Assembly (NCBI GenBank): GCA_039815185.1
Contig: JBCBZT010000004.1
Coordinates: 64,001 to 128,000, forward strand
Direction of reading: 5' to 3'
DNA: 64,000 nucleotides
Origin: Cyanobacteria bacterium P01_A01_bin.123
GTDB lineage: Bacteria > Cyanobacteriota > Cyanobacteriia > Phormidesmidales > Phormidesmidaceae
Part shown: one piece after another, positions 28,488 through 38,919 of the stretch
Layout: every line of letters begins with the position of its first letter
Numbering within the stretch: position 1 is the stretch's first letter
Notes under the pieces: model-generated
Told to the model about the DNA's origin: nothing
Database searches by the model: none
The model's input: the letters and a program-made list of their open reading frames with translations, nothing else
Made by a program: the position numbers and the translations under genes

Positions 28488-30071
28488 TTACCCTTCATGA
28501 GCAGCTTCTGGTAAGACCCCCTGCAGCAGCGGGGCCAATTCGTCTTTGAGTTGTCCGGCTCGGATAAATTCGGCATAGGTATCTGATTCAATCGCCAGCA
28601 ATTCTTCCCGCAGTTGCTCGGCGGCAAATTCCCGAATTTCGGGGTGGCGACCCTCTAGTTTAGAAATATTGGTTTGGACTTCTTCTAATTGGCCTTCGAC
28701 TAAAGCGATTTGGTATTCACAAAATTCGAGGTCGATTTCCTGATTTTGCTTCAGTGCGCTTAATCGATCGAGGACTCGATTCAAGGCCACTCGGCGGGCT
28801 ACCAGTTGGCTGTACTCTACACGTAGGGGTTGATCAGTCAGCAGGTCAAGGCTTTCTAACAAGGGTTTAGTGGTGAGCCCCTGCACCAGTAGCGTAAATA
28901 GCATTACCCCGAAGACTACGGCAATGACTTCTTCCCGTTGGGGTAGAACTGCTGGCACACTCAGCGCTAGGGCCACGGATACTGACCCCCGCAATCCACC
29001 CCACCATAGTAACGTTTGCCCATTGAGAGAAATATCTGACTGGGTGAACAAATTACTCAGACTGCTCAAGCCGTAGATGCTAATGGCGCGAGTGAGCAGC
29101 AAAATGCCAATGGCGATCGCAATGGAATCTAAATAGTTGGCTAGATTACTAAACACCACCTGATCGCCAATCAACAAAAACACAATCGAATTGACAAAGA
29201 AGGCCAAAAATTCCCAAAATTCAGACACCACTAGGCGGGTGCGGGGATTCATGCCAATTCGGGAGCCGAAATTGCCCAAAATCAACCCAGTTGTTACCAC
29301 AGCGATTACCCCGGAACCGCCTAATTGCTCGGCGACTAGGTAGGTACCATAGGCTGACACTAGGGTGAGTGATTGCTCCACCAACGGTAAATCAAACCGC
29401 TGGGTCAAAAACGAAATGCCAAAGCCAATCAGCCCACCAATGCTGACGCCAATGCCAACGAACACTAAAAACTGAGCTATCGTCACCGATACGTCAAACT
29501 GATCCACGCCCACCGCGATGCCCAGGAGCAGATTAAAGGCGACCACCGCCACGCCGTCGTTAAATAGACTTTCCCCTTCCATCAGGGTCGTTAGCCGTTT
29601 ATCAACCCCCAACTCGCGAAACAAGGCCACCACCGACACCGGATCAGTCGCCGACAGGCTAGCCCCTACCAGTAACGCTGTCGATAGGGAGGTCACGCCA
29701 AACACACCTAGCCCAAGGACTAAGCCGCCGATACAAATAATTACACCGATAATGGCATAGAGCAAAATGGGCACTGCGTCCCGCTTGAGATTGCTCCACT
29801 TAATATTCCAGGCGGCTTCAAACAGCAGCGGCGGTAAAAAGATAAACAGAATTAATTCAGGCGACAGGTTGATCAACCGCACATCTAGCACAGCTAATCC
29901 CAACCCCACGAGTAGCAGCAGCAGCGTGTAGGGAATATTGCGTAGCCAGCTTACGGCACGGGATAGGGTGGCGACCCCCAAAGACACCGACAGCACCAGC
30001 AAAAACTGCCGTAAATTGTCTTCGATGACGGGATTTTCTAGGGCGGCTTCGACAGCTAACAGCAGGGACAT
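28488..30071 (-). CDS. Na+/H+ antiporter, CPA1 (NhaP/NhaS) family
   Basis: FLPPLLFEAA, SATDPVSV, EGESLFNDG, GGLRG, and multiple transmembrane helices. Confidence 0.92.
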   Translation of the reverse strand: MSLLLAVEAALENPVIEDNLRQFLLVLSVSLGVATLSRAVSWLRNIPYTLLLLLVGLGLAVLDVRLINLSPELILFIFLPPLLFEAAWNIKWSNLKRDAVPILLYAIIGVIICIGGLVLGLGVFGVTSLSTALLVGASLSATDPVSVVALFRELGVDKRLTTLMEGESLFNDGVAVVAFNLLLGIAVGVDQFDVSVTIAQFLVFVGIGVSIGGLIGFGISFLTQRFDLPLVEQSLTLVSAYGTYLVAEQLGGSGVIAVVTTGLILGNFGSRIGMNPRTRLVVSEFWEFLAFFVNSIVFLLIGDQVVFSNLANYLDSIAIAIGILLLTRAISIYGLSSLSNLFTQSDISLNGQTLLWWGGLRGSVSVALALSVPAVLPQREEVIAVVFGVMLFTLLVQGLTTKPLLESLDLLTDQPLRVEYSQLVARRVALNRVLDRLSALKQNQEIDLEFCEYQIALVEGQLEEVQTNISKLEGRHPEIREFAAEQLREELLAIESDTYAEFIRAGQLKDELAPLLQGVLPEAAHEG

Positions 30072-30147
30072 AGGGGCGTGAGTATTCAGCTAGAGTTGAC
30101 TTGAGAAGGCGTGAGTCAGGGGGAATTTAAACTAAACAGTGCGGCCA

Positions 30148-31920
30148 TTAACCCGCCTTGCGAATAGTGTCTGCTTGGGAAAGGAGAGACTCAGCAAAGG
30201 CGATCGCTTCTCGATGGGACTGTCCGCCTGCCAGTTGAGCCAGCTCTTGCCGTCGTTCTTCGGGAGTCAGCGGGACTACCCGAACCACCGTGCGGACATC
30301 TTGGGGACTTTCAGGATTTCCAGGGCTGGCCGATTGTTTGGATCTCCGCCCTTTGGCGGGTTTCTCTTCACCGACCACCTGTTTACCCACGTGAAAATGG
30401 GTATCCGCCATGGCAGCTACGATGGGTTGGTGAGTCACACAAAGGACTTGATGCTGCCGTCCCAGGTGGTGCAGCTTTTCAGCGATCGCTTGGGCGACTC
30501 GTCCAGATACGCCGACATCAATTTCATCAAACACCAGTGTGCTAACCGCATCAATTTGCGAAAAACAGGCTTTCAGTGCTAGCAAAAACCGACTCATTTC
30601 CCCCCCGGAAGCGGTTTCCGCTAAGGGTTGCAGCGGCTCCCCTGGGTTAGGGCTAAACAAAAACCGAATTTGGTCAGCCCCCGTTGCACTGGGGGTACTG
30701 GGCTGAATATCCACTTTGAACTGAACCCGTTCCATGGCCAGGGGCTTGAGTTCTTCGACGAGACGAGTTTCTAAACTTTTGGCGGTTCGCTGGCGCTGTT
30801 TTGTTAAGGTTTGGCAAGCGGCTTCTAGGGCTTGCCAGGTGGCTTGAGCTGCGGCTTCTAACGCTTCAATGGATTGCCCATCCCCGTTGAGCACCTCTAG
30901 AGAGGCTTGGATTTCTTCATAGTAGGTCAGTAAGTCGGGCAAGTCTCTACCATACTTACGACACAGCTGTTTGAGTTGGCCCATGCGCTGATCAATGTCC
31001 TGCAACCGCTGGGGATCGGTTTCGACCCCTTCGCCGTAAGCATTGACCAATCGCCCCGCTTCTTCGACTTGAGCAATAGCGTCCCCCACCAGATCCAAAA
31101 TCGACTCCACTTCTGGGTCGTAGCGCAGCATGTCGCTCAGTACCCCCTGGGCTTTACCCAGCAAATCGGCGCAGGCTTCAGCTCCCCCATCATTTTCATA
31201 GAGCACCTGATAAACCTGGTAGCTTTGCTGCTGCAGCTCCACCGCATGACTCAACCGCTGATGCTCTTGCTGCAGTAGGGTCAGCTCGTTGGGGTCTTCT
31301 AGATGGGCAGCACTGAGTTCTTGGCACTGGTATTCGAACAGATCAAGCTGCTGTAGGCGCTGCTGTTCAGCTTGACGACGGCGATCGCGGGCTTTTTGGG
31401 CATCTATTGCGGCACTGTAGGCGATCGCTACCGTTTGCCGCTGTTTATGCAAGGCTTTGCCGCCAAAACCATCGAGCCAGTCGAGTTGCAGGCTGGGGGT
31501 GCCCAACTGCATGGTTTGCCCCTGAGCAGTGATTTCCACTAGCAATCGTCGCAGGTCCTCAATTTGCGGTTTGTTTACTACCACCCCATTTAACCGAGAG
31601 CGGCTACGCACTGATCCCTTGCTGGTAGTGAGCTCCCGAGTGCAGACCAAATGATCAGCAAGGGGAATATCCAGCTTCTGTTCGCTCAGCCAAGCCTGGA
31701 GAGCCCCATTGGTGACAAAGGTCGCCTCCAGCAATGCTTTTTGTTCACCACTGCGAATCAATCGCTGGCTGGCTTTGCCCCCGAGGACTGCATCAATGGC
31801 ATCTAAAATAATTGACTTACCTGCCCCAGTTTCACCCGTCAATACGTTAAGCCCGGTTTTGAGCTGAAGATCGAGCTGATCAATCAAGGCAAAGTTTTCA
31901 ATCCGCAAAGAGATCAGCAT
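30148..31920 (-). CDS. recN: DNA repair protein RecN
   Basis: TGETGAGKS, coiled coil, ASGGEMSR, FDEID, VTHQP. Confidence 0.96.
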   Translation of the reverse strand: MLISLRIENFALIDQLDLQLKTGLNVLTGETGAGKSIILDAIDAVLGGKASQRLIRSGEQKALLEATFVTNGALQAWLSEQKLDIPLADHLVCTRELTTSKGSVRSRSRLNGVVVNKPQIEDLRRLLVEITAQGQTMQLGTPSLQLDWLDGFGGKALHKQRQTVAIAYSAAIDAQKARDRRRQAEQQRLQQLDLFEYQCQELSAAHLEDPNELTLLQQEHQRLSHAVELQQQSYQVYQVLYENDGGAEACADLLGKAQGVLSDMLRYDPEVESILDLVGDAIAQVEEAGRLVNAYGEGVETDPQRLQDIDQRMGQLKQLCRKYGRDLPDLLTYYEEIQASLEVLNGDGQSIEALEAAAQATWQALEAACQTLTKQRQRTAKSLETRLVEELKPLAMERVQFKVDIQPSTPSATGADQIRFLFSPNPGEPLQPLAETASGGEMSRFLLALKACFSQIDAVSTLVFDEIDVGVSGRVAQAIAEKLHHLGRQHQVLCVTHQPIVAAMADTHFHVGKQVVGEEKPAKGRRSKQSASPGNPESPQDVRTVVRVVPLTPEERRQELAQLAGGQSHREAIAFAESLLSQADTIRKAG

Positions 31921-32173
31921 GGCGTCAGCAGTACCCTGGTCACTCGCTGTGTTTGAGTTACTAGCTGCGTCTTAGTCACTAGCAACACTTCAGTCACCGT
32001 CAGCATCTCAGTCACCGGAACCCCTCGACCATCAAAGTCATTATGCTACTTGGAATAGTAACGTGTGGCCAAAATTTGCCATTCTTTCTATTGAATCGAA
32101 CCCACGACTCTCCTGCTGTGCGGTCAAATGCTCAAATATGCTGCAAATTTCTTTCAAGGGTCGAAATAGAATT

Positions 32174-32191
32174 GTTACAATCGTTTACAAA
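32174..32191 (+). promoter_or_regulatory. HLR1 (RpaB) direct-repeat site
   Basis: GTTACAAT-CG-TTTACAAA fits (G/T)TTACA(T/A)(T/A)-N2-(G/T)TTACA(T/A)(T/A) exactly, about 65 bp upstream of the ABC1 kinase. Confidence 0.7.
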
Positions 32192-32259
32192 TACTAATTT
32201 TGATTTAATAGTTTTATAGAACGACCGCTTAGCTCACCTATCCACAGATCCCATTGGCT

Positions 32260-34305
32260 ATGAATTCGCCTTCCTCTCGGTACTCCAGCGATATCCTTAA
32301 TCCGCAAACGGTGACTGTTGCTAGTGAGCCTATAGCTGAGCCCATCAGTCCAGTTGATCCGCCTGCTGTACGGCACAACGGTGTGATTAATGATCCTACG
32401 GATGTCATGGTTTACGATCCTGAGGCGATCGCAGACTATTACGATTCCAGATGGCTACGAGTCTTCTGGCGGTTTCTCTCTATCTTTTGGCCATTAGCGA
32501 GCTTTGCCTTATCCGTCTGGCTCGATGCGCGTTTAGGGCTGGCGCAGCGTAATGAACGTAAGCAGGCTGAGCGATTGCGTAAAATTGTGACTCAGCTTGG
32601 GCCCGCTTACATCAAGGTGGGGCAGGCGCTTTCCACTCGACCTGATTTGGTTTCTCCAGTTTATCTAGAAGAATTGACCCGATTGCAAGATCAGCTACCC
32701 GCTTTTTCTAATGACATTGCTTACCGCTTCATTGAAGAAGAACTGGGCGATTCTCCTGAGACACTATATGCAGAACTTTCTCCCCACCCTGTGGCCGCAG
32801 CTTCTTTGGGACAGGTTTATCGCGGTCGCTTAAAGACTGGCGAAGAAGTCGCCGTTAAAGTTCAACGGCCGGGGTTGGCCCAGCGCATCACCTTAGACAT
32901 CTATATTTTGCGACAGTTGGCGCGATTGGCAACTCGACTGATTCCCCAGGTTCGTAGCGACCTGATTGGGATTATGGACGAATTTGGGGCACGCATCTTC
33001 GAAGAGATGGATTATACCCACGAGGGCCAAAATGCTAAGCGATTTGCTCAGCTTTACGGCCACCTGCGAGACATTTATGTGCCTCATATCTACACCCAGT
33101 ACACCGGGCGTCGAGTACTGACCATGGAGTGGATTAACGGGACTAAACTGACAAAGATTACTGAACTAAAAGCCCAGGGCATTGATGCCAGCTATTTGAT
33201 TGAAGTGGGGGTGCAGTGCTCGTTGAGGCAACTGCTAGAGCACGGCTTTTTCCATGCTGACCCCCACCCTGGCAATCTGTTGGCTACCCCCGATGGCAAA
33301 CTCGCCTATCTAGACTTCGGCATGATGAGCGAAGTCAAGCCCTATCAACGCTATGGCTTGATTGAAGCGATCGTCCATATGGTCAACCGTGACTTTGAGG
33401 GATTGGCCCAAGACTATATCAAGCTGGAGTTTTTGACCCCTGATACCGATTTGGAGCCAATTGTGCCTGCCTTGACTAACGTGTTCAACAATGCGTTGGG
33501 GGCTAGCGTCGCTGAGCTGAACTTCAAAAGCATCACCGATGAGTTCTCCGCTTTGATGTACGAGTACCCCTTTCGGGTGCCCGCTTACTACGCACTGATT
33601 ATCCGCTCTCTTGTCACCTTAGAAGGCATTGCGATCAACGTTGACCCTGACTTTAAGGTACTCAGTAAGGCTTATCCTTATGTCTCAAAACGGCTTCTGT
33701 CTGACCCAGCTCCCCAGTTGCGGGCTTCGTTGAACGATTTGCTGTTTAAGGACGGGCGGTTTCGCTGGAATCGGCTGGAGAATCTACTGAAAAACGCCCG
33801 CGACAGTGAAGATTACGACCTCAGCAAGGTGCTGGATCAAACCCTTGATTTCCTTTTCTCAGAGCGAGGAGAATTCATCCGTGTTGGCATTGCAGATGAA
33901 ATTGTTAAGCAGGTTGATACCTTTGGGCAAAGCCTAATGCATAATCTGACTCAAACCGTTCAGGAGCGATTGGGGACCAGATCGCCTCAACCCCCTAAAG
34001 TGGCGACGACAACGGCGGAGAAAAGTCAGGAGCAGCAAAACTTTGATCATTTGGTCAGCATTTTGCAAATCCTGCGGGAAACCGAAAGCTTTGATGTGAC
34101 TAAAGTTGTGGCTATTTTGCCCCAAGTTTTGTTTAGGTCTGAAACCCGTGAAATGGGACAGCGGATTTTCGGAGGACTTGCCCAGCGGGCAGCAACCCGA
34201 TTCATTCGAGAAGTGTTGCTGGCGGAGCAGCAACCGGAGGGCACCGCAATACTGCAGGATTGGGAAACTGTTCCGCGATCGCTGCCTGCAGGCGTATCTC
34301 GCTAA
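32260..34305 (+). CDS. AarF/ABC1/UbiB atypical kinase
   Basis: LGPAYIKVGQALSTRPD, AAASLGQVY, VAVKVQRP, FFHADPHPGN, DFGMM. Start is ATG 32260 or TTG 32254. Confidence 0.93.
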   Translation: MNSPSSRYSSDILNPQTVTVASEPIAEPISPVDPPAVRHNGVINDPTDVMVYDPEAIADYYDSRWLRVFWRFLSIFWPLASFALSVWLDARLGLAQRNERKQAERLRKIVTQLGPAYIKVGQALSTRPDLVSPVYLEELTRLQDQLPAFSNDIAYRFIEEELGDSPETLYAELSPHPVAAASLGQVYRGRLKTGEEVAVKVQRPGLAQRITLDIYILRQLARLATRLIPQVRSDLIGIMDEFGARIFEEMDYTHEGQNAKRFAQLYGHLRDIYVPHIYTQYTGRRVLTMEWINGTKLTKITELKAQGIDASYLIEVGVQCSLRQLLEHGFFHADPHPGNLLATPDGKLAYLDFGMMSEVKPYQRYGLIEAIVHMVNRDFEGLAQDYIKLEFLTPDTDLEPIVPALTNVFNNALGASVAELNFKSITDEFSALMYEYPFRVPAYYALIIRSLVTLEGIAINVDPDFKVLSKAYPYVSKRLLSDPAPQLRASLNDLLFKDGRFRWNRLENLLKNARDSEDYDLSKVLDQTLDFLFSERGEFIRVGIADEIVKQVDTFGQSLMHNLTQTVQERLGTRSPQPPKVATTTAEKSQEQQNFDHLVSILQILRETESFDVTKVVAILPQVLFRSETREMGQRIFGGLAQRAATRFIREVLLAEQQPEGTAILQDWETVPRSLPAGVSR

Positions 34306-34313
34306 ATCAAATT

Positions 34314-35120
34314 TTAGTCCTGAGTATCCAGATCCGATTCTCGCTGAGCTAAAGATTCGGCTAGGGCGTTGAGTTCTGTTTCCCTCGTATTAAGGGCGGT
34401 TTCTCGCTGAGCTAGGGATTGTGTTAGGGCATTAAGTTCGACTTCTCTGGTGCGGAGGGCCGTTTCTTTCTGGGCGACGGAGTCCCGTGCAAGTTTGAGA
34501 TGCTTCTCCAATCCTTCAAGTTCATCCCGATGGGCAGCAGTTTCTAAGGCAAAACGACCGACGTCTTGATTTTGCAGGCCTTCCGTCAAGCTATTGAGTT
34601 GCTGCTCTTTGTTACTCAGCTCAGCTTCTCGGCGGGCGATCACCTCTTGTTCAAACTTGAGGTTTTTTTCTAGCTCTTGAATTTCATCCCGGCGAGCAGC
34701 CGTTTCGAGGGCGCGACGCCCGACTTCCTGGCTTTGTAACGTCAGGGACTGTCGCCACTGCTCGGCCCGTTCGACTTCCTGGGCCAATAACTCAGGGGTC
34801 ATCCCACGGGCCAAATAGGTTGATATCAGATCTAATACCCAATCGGTTGCGTCGTTGATTGTGACGATTACCTCGTCATCTAAACTGCTTGTCTCAGCCG
34901 CTTGGTCTGGGGCAGTATTTAATCCTGTGCTTGAGGGAGGCAATTGAGGAATTTCGACTAGCACGAGCGTACCCTCGTTGAAAGCCACGATTTTGGATGT
35001 TTTAACAAGCTTCGCCGTCGATAACTGCTCCCAGGCCAAGTCTGTAATTTGACGCGCCAGCAATTCTAACTCGGCACCGTGGAGGAAGGCTTTTTTGAGA
35101 ACTCTAGCCAGATAGCGCAT
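34314..35120 (-). CDS. conserved coiled-coil protein with HmpF-like N-terminus
   Basis: MRYLARV...LELLARQ...LVLVEI...EQWRQSLTLQSQE resembles the HmpF N-terminal pattern (recalled). Internal repeats in the C-terminal half. Confidence 0.65.
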   Translation of the reverse strand: MRYLARVLKKAFLHGAELELLARQITDLAWEQLSTAKLVKTSKIVAFNEGTLVLVEIPQLPPSSTGLNTAPDQAAETSSLDDEVIVTINDATDWVLDLISTYLARGMTPELLAQEVERAEQWRQSLTLQSQEVGRRALETAARRDEIQELEKNLKFEQEVIARREAELSNKEQQLNSLTEGLQNQDVGRFALETAAHRDELEGLEKHLKLARDSVAQKETALRTREVELNALTQSLAQRETALNTRETELNALAESLAQRESDLDTQD

Positions 35121-35855
35121 ACTTGAATCGAAATCCTCGACGTCACACAATTAACCACATATCCCAGAGATAATCACACAAGGATAACCACACTTAGCCA
35201 TTCAACCACTGGGTTTATCTTAAGGAAAGCACAGCACACTACAGTCTTAATTATTATGATTTAATAAGCTGCTGTACTTCAGTTACTCGCTAATTTAAGC
35301 CACCAGCTTTTGTTGTCAGTCGTTCATTCAACCCATCAATAGGGTGGGCATTAATGAATGCCGCTGATGAGTTCTCTAAATGTTCAGCCTAAGCATTTAC
35401 CATTAGCCCTGAGGTCATGGGTTTCTTTGTATAGCGTACCCGGTCTAGTTTAATTTTCTAACCAGATCAGTAAGTTCAGCAAGCTTTGCTGCAACTGCCC
35501 TACGCAATCGTTTGCACCCCCATTTTCTTTTAGGTCACAAGCTGTGTGTGGCTTCAAGGCTATCGCTTACCCTTCCTGATTTAATGGACTATGCATCAGG
35601 AATGACGTGTCTTTACACTGTTTCAATCGCTGTAGGCCAATGTTCTCTACTAAAGACCCGGATTCTAGGCGTTACCACGAGGATAATTTGAAGTTCTCGT
35701 TAGGGTCATGTGCCAAAAAAACGATAGGCACATGATCCGCTCCGGCTGTTTTCGTCTCAATTTATAAATAATATCTAAAGCGCCTAATCAGGCTCAGGGG
35801 CAATTCCGTTAGTGCGACCTTACATCCGACCACTGATCGACAAAGAGTAAACATC

Positions 35856-36524
35856 ATGAGTGAATTCTCCATTTCGACTTGGCCGCTCGTAGAGGAAAAG
35901 ATAGATTTTCTGGCGGTTCCACCTGAAAAGCTTTCGAATCTTGATCTGGTGCTTCGGTGCCAGCAAGGGCAACGCCCCGAGCGCAGCGCTTTTGCTGAGC
36001 TGATGCGTCGTTTCCAGTCCCACGTAGACAAGCTGCTGTATCATCTAGCCTCAGATTGGTCAGATCGGGCTGATTTGGCCCAAGAAGTTTGGATCCGGGT
36101 GTATCGCAATATCCATAAGCTAAAAGAATCTGCTAAATTCAAGGGCTGGTTGGGACGCATCACCACCAACCTGTTTTATGATGAATTGCGGAAGCGCAAG
36201 CGGGTTCGCACCACGATTTCCCTAGATGCTCCCCGCACCCTCGATGATGGTGAAGTCGATTGGGATGTGGCATCCGATGATCCCAGCCCAGTCGATGACA
36301 TGATGACACGGGAGTTTTATAACCAGCTCCGCGTTGCGATTGCAGATTTGCCTGAGGCCTTCCGCACGACTATTGTTCTACGGGAAATTCAGGGCTTGGC
36401 TTATGAGGAGATTGCCGAAGTTACCGGCGTTTCTTTAGGCACTGTGAAATCTCGTATTGCTCGGGCTCGTCAACGTCTACAGCTGGATCTCACGCCTTAC
36501 CTAGATGGTCAGCATGAAGTGTAA
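35856..36524 (+). CDS. sigG: ECF sigma factor SigG (RpoE-like)
   Basis: DLAQEVWIRVY, WLGRITTNLFYDELRK, and region 4 LREIQGLAYEEIAEVTGVSLGTVKSRIARAR. Followed by an anti-sigma gene. Confidence 0.9.
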   Translation: MSEFSISTWPLVEEKIDFLAVPPEKLSNLDLVLRCQQGQRPERSAFAELMRRFQSHVDKLLYHLASDWSDRADLAQEVWIRVYRNIHKLKESAKFKGWLGRITTNLFYDELRKRKRVRTTISLDAPRTLDDGEVDWDVASDDPSPVDDMMTREFYNQLRVAIADLPEAFRTTIVLREIQGLAYEEIAEVTGVSLGTVKSRIARARQRLQLDLTPYLDGQHEV

Positions 36525-36607
36525 GGGATGACTGTCAACCACATCCGGTTCGAAAACTTAAGTTTTTAGCTCCGGGAAAATCCTTGGGTTTTTAGCTCAG
36601 AGGGGTG

Positions 36608-36759
36608 ATTGTCCTGGATGTGGGCGAGGTTTACTTGACGAATCAATGATCCCAATCACCGGAGTTGATCGAGGAACTATGAAGTTCTTCCCTGCTCGAG
36701 TTCCTCAATGTTTGTCAAGGGAACTTACGCCTTACCTGAACGGTCAAGCATTTAGTTAA
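36608..36759 (+). pseudogene. degenerate copy of the sigG region-4 coding sequence (or small ORF 36646-36759)
   Basis: Translates GLLDESMIPITGVDRGTMKFFPARVPQCLSRELTPYLNGQ, an ungapped match to SigG GLAYEEIAEVTGVSLGTVKSRIARARQRLQLDLTPYLDGQ. Confidence 0.75.
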
Positions 36760-36944
36760 CTCATTAGACGTTTGACTTTGACAAGATAAGTTAAATCATT
36801 TGAGGGATGTTCTAGAAGAAAAAATCCCCTTATGATTACGGATAGACTATTGGCAACTGCCTAAGCTAGTGTGTTGTCGATGGTGAGTGAACTTGTCTTG
36901 TCATCTTAGTCCAGGCCAAACAATGACTGGGTAAGGGTTCCGAA

Positions 36945-37475
36945 ATGACCTCCAATCTGAGAAAAATCATTGCTAGAGAGCGCCGTACCGACCGGGGCTG
37001 TGAATCAATGTATCAAGAACTAGATGCGATTAAGCGCGATCGCTTTGAGTTGCTGAGTGCCTATCTAGATGGTGAGGTAACTGCCGATGAGCGACGGCAA
37101 GTGAATCGCTGGTTAGCTGATGATGCCCATGCGCAATGTTTATACCAGCGGTTGCTGCGGTTACGCCAAGGCATCGGGCAGTTGCCAATTCCGACCCAAG
37201 ATACTTGTGTTGAGGCCACCATTCAAACCGTATTCGCCCGTATTCAAAGGCGTCTTCGGATTGCTCTGATGGCGGGGGCTGGTACTGTTGCCGTGGTTTG
37301 CTTGGGGACGGTGTCTGGTTTCTTTGATGATCGCCCCAGCGTTTTCCGGTTTGCTCAGGTTCAATCTGGCACGCCCGTACTTGAGGTGGCTTTAGATGAA
37401 CCCGTGATTGAGATTCCCAAGACATCTGTCGCCCCGAACTCCCTCAAGGGTAAATCCTCATTTGATGTGCAGTAG
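36945..37475 (+). CDS. anti-sigma factor (SigG partner)
   Basis: RFELLSAYLDGEVTADERRQV domain plus one transmembrane helix, downstream of sigG. Confidence 0.85.
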   Translation: MTSNLRKIIARERRTDRGCESMYQELDAIKRDRFELLSAYLDGEVTADERRQVNRWLADDAHAQCLYQRLLRLRQGIGQLPIPTQDTCVEATIQTVFARIQRRLRIALMAGAGTVAVVCLGTVSGFFDDRPSVFRFAQVQSGTPVLEVALDEPVIEIPKTSVAPNSLKGKSSFDVQ

Positions 37476-37531
37476 TTCTTTGGCAAGGGGTTGAACCATC
37501 TTAGTAGGGCACCCACAGTGAGTTGGGTGCT

Positions 37532-37945
37532 TTACTCGTTGAAATTTGTGTCGCGCCCTGTCCAATATCCACTGGCTAAATACTGCCCACCCATCTGCTG
37601 CACGCGAACGCTTGTCATTAGGTACATCCAAGCTTGTGCTAATGGCTGATGGTTCATGGTGCACACAGGCCGTTTCTCTCGCTGATATTCGTTGTTTTCT
37701 GGAGCGCGATCGCGTTGGTAATCTTCTAGCTCATCTAAGGCCTCTAAAAGTGACGGGGCATCAAAGCTCAGCAAAACGCCTTGTACCCAATCTTCCCCAT
37801 CTGCCATTGCTGGATAGCCCACAGGCAAGCTGTAGAGTTTTCCTCGGGTTAAGGCTGGGATGCAGGAAATCTGATAACCGCCACAAAATTGATCGTAATA
37901 GGCTTCACCGGGTTTTAAGGTGCCATAGACAAAAACTTGGATCAT
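37532..37945 (-). CDS. gamma-glutamylcyclotransferase family protein
   Basis: VFVYGTLKPG, GYPAM, LDELEDY, YQR. Confidence 0.9.
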   Translation of the reverse strand: MIQVFVYGTLKPGEAYYDQFCGGYQISCIPALTRGKLYSLPVGYPAMADGEDWVQGVLLSFDAPSLLEALDELEDYQRDRAPENNEYQREKRPVCTMNHQPLAQAWMYLMTSVRVQQMGGQYLASGYWTGRDTNFNE

Positions 37946-38108
37946 AGCGATAGGTCAATGACACGGCATAAATTCAGTTCAGATTGAGAGTTGGGGTTTC
38001 TCTGCTTTGTGGCTACCGCTATATTTCCCGGTGGGCCATTCTGAGAGCAAGGCAAACTCTGTAGAATGGTCTTTTACTAGATTTTGACCGCTGGCGGCTG
38101 AATTCCCC

Positions 38109-38870
38109 ATGGCTTTTAAAGACTACTTTTCTAAGCACTCGCCAGACTATGTCAAATATCGTCCGCGCTACCCCGATGCCCTATTTGTATACCTAGCATC
38201 ATTGTGTCCTAGCCATCAACAAGTGTGGGACTGTGGTACGGGCAATGGCCAAGCGGCCCTGGGTTTAACCGCGTGTTTTCGGCGAGTCGTGGCAACTGAT
38301 GCCAGTGAGGCACAGCTACAGCAGACTGTACCCCACGATCAGATTACCTACCAGAGGGCTCCGGCGGAAGCCAGTGGCTTGAGCGATCGCAGCTGTGATT
38401 TAGTGATTGTAGCCCAGGCCCTGCACTGGTTTGACCTTACCCAATTCTATCTAGAGGTCAGGCGGGTGCTCAAATCTGAGGGTGTCTTGGCTGTCTGGTG
38501 CTATGAGCTCATGCAAATTTGCCCTGAGGTAGATCAGCAAGTACGCCATTACTACCAATCAATCGTGGGAGACTACTGGCCTGTGGAACGGCAGTTGATT
38601 GAACAGCGTTATCAAACCATCGTCTTTCCGTTTGCAGAGATTGAATCCCCTGCATTTTCGATGACGGCAACCTGGTCATTTCAGCAGCTAGTGGGCTACT
38701 TGAATACCTGGTCAGCGACCCAGCGATTTTTGAACCAGCACCAGAAGAATCCGCTCGAACAGATCCAGGCTGACTTGGCTATAGCTTGGGGAGATTTGAG
38801 CGCCTGCCGCCCAGTCGTTTGGCCCATTCACTTACGGGTGGGGCGAGTGCAAAATTCTACGCTACAGTGA
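38109..38870 (+). CDS. class I SAM-dependent methyltransferase
   Basis: YRPRYP, WDCGTGNGQ, AQALHWFD. Confidence 0.9.
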   Translation: MAFKDYFSKHSPDYVKYRPRYPDALFVYLASLCPSHQQVWDCGTGNGQAALGLTACFRRVVATDASEAQLQQTVPHDQITYQRAPAEASGLSDRSCDLVIVAQALHWFDLTQFYLEVRRVLKSEGVLAVWCYELMQICPEVDQQVRHYYQSIVGDYWPVERQLIEQRYQTIVFPFAEIESPAFSMTATWSFQQLVGYLNTWSATQRFLNQHQKNPLEQIQADLAIAWGDLSACRPVVWPIHLRVGRVQNSTLQ

Positions 38871-38919
38871 ACCTGGCTAAACGGTATGCTGAAACAAGTT
38901 TTCAACGATACGAGGAACT

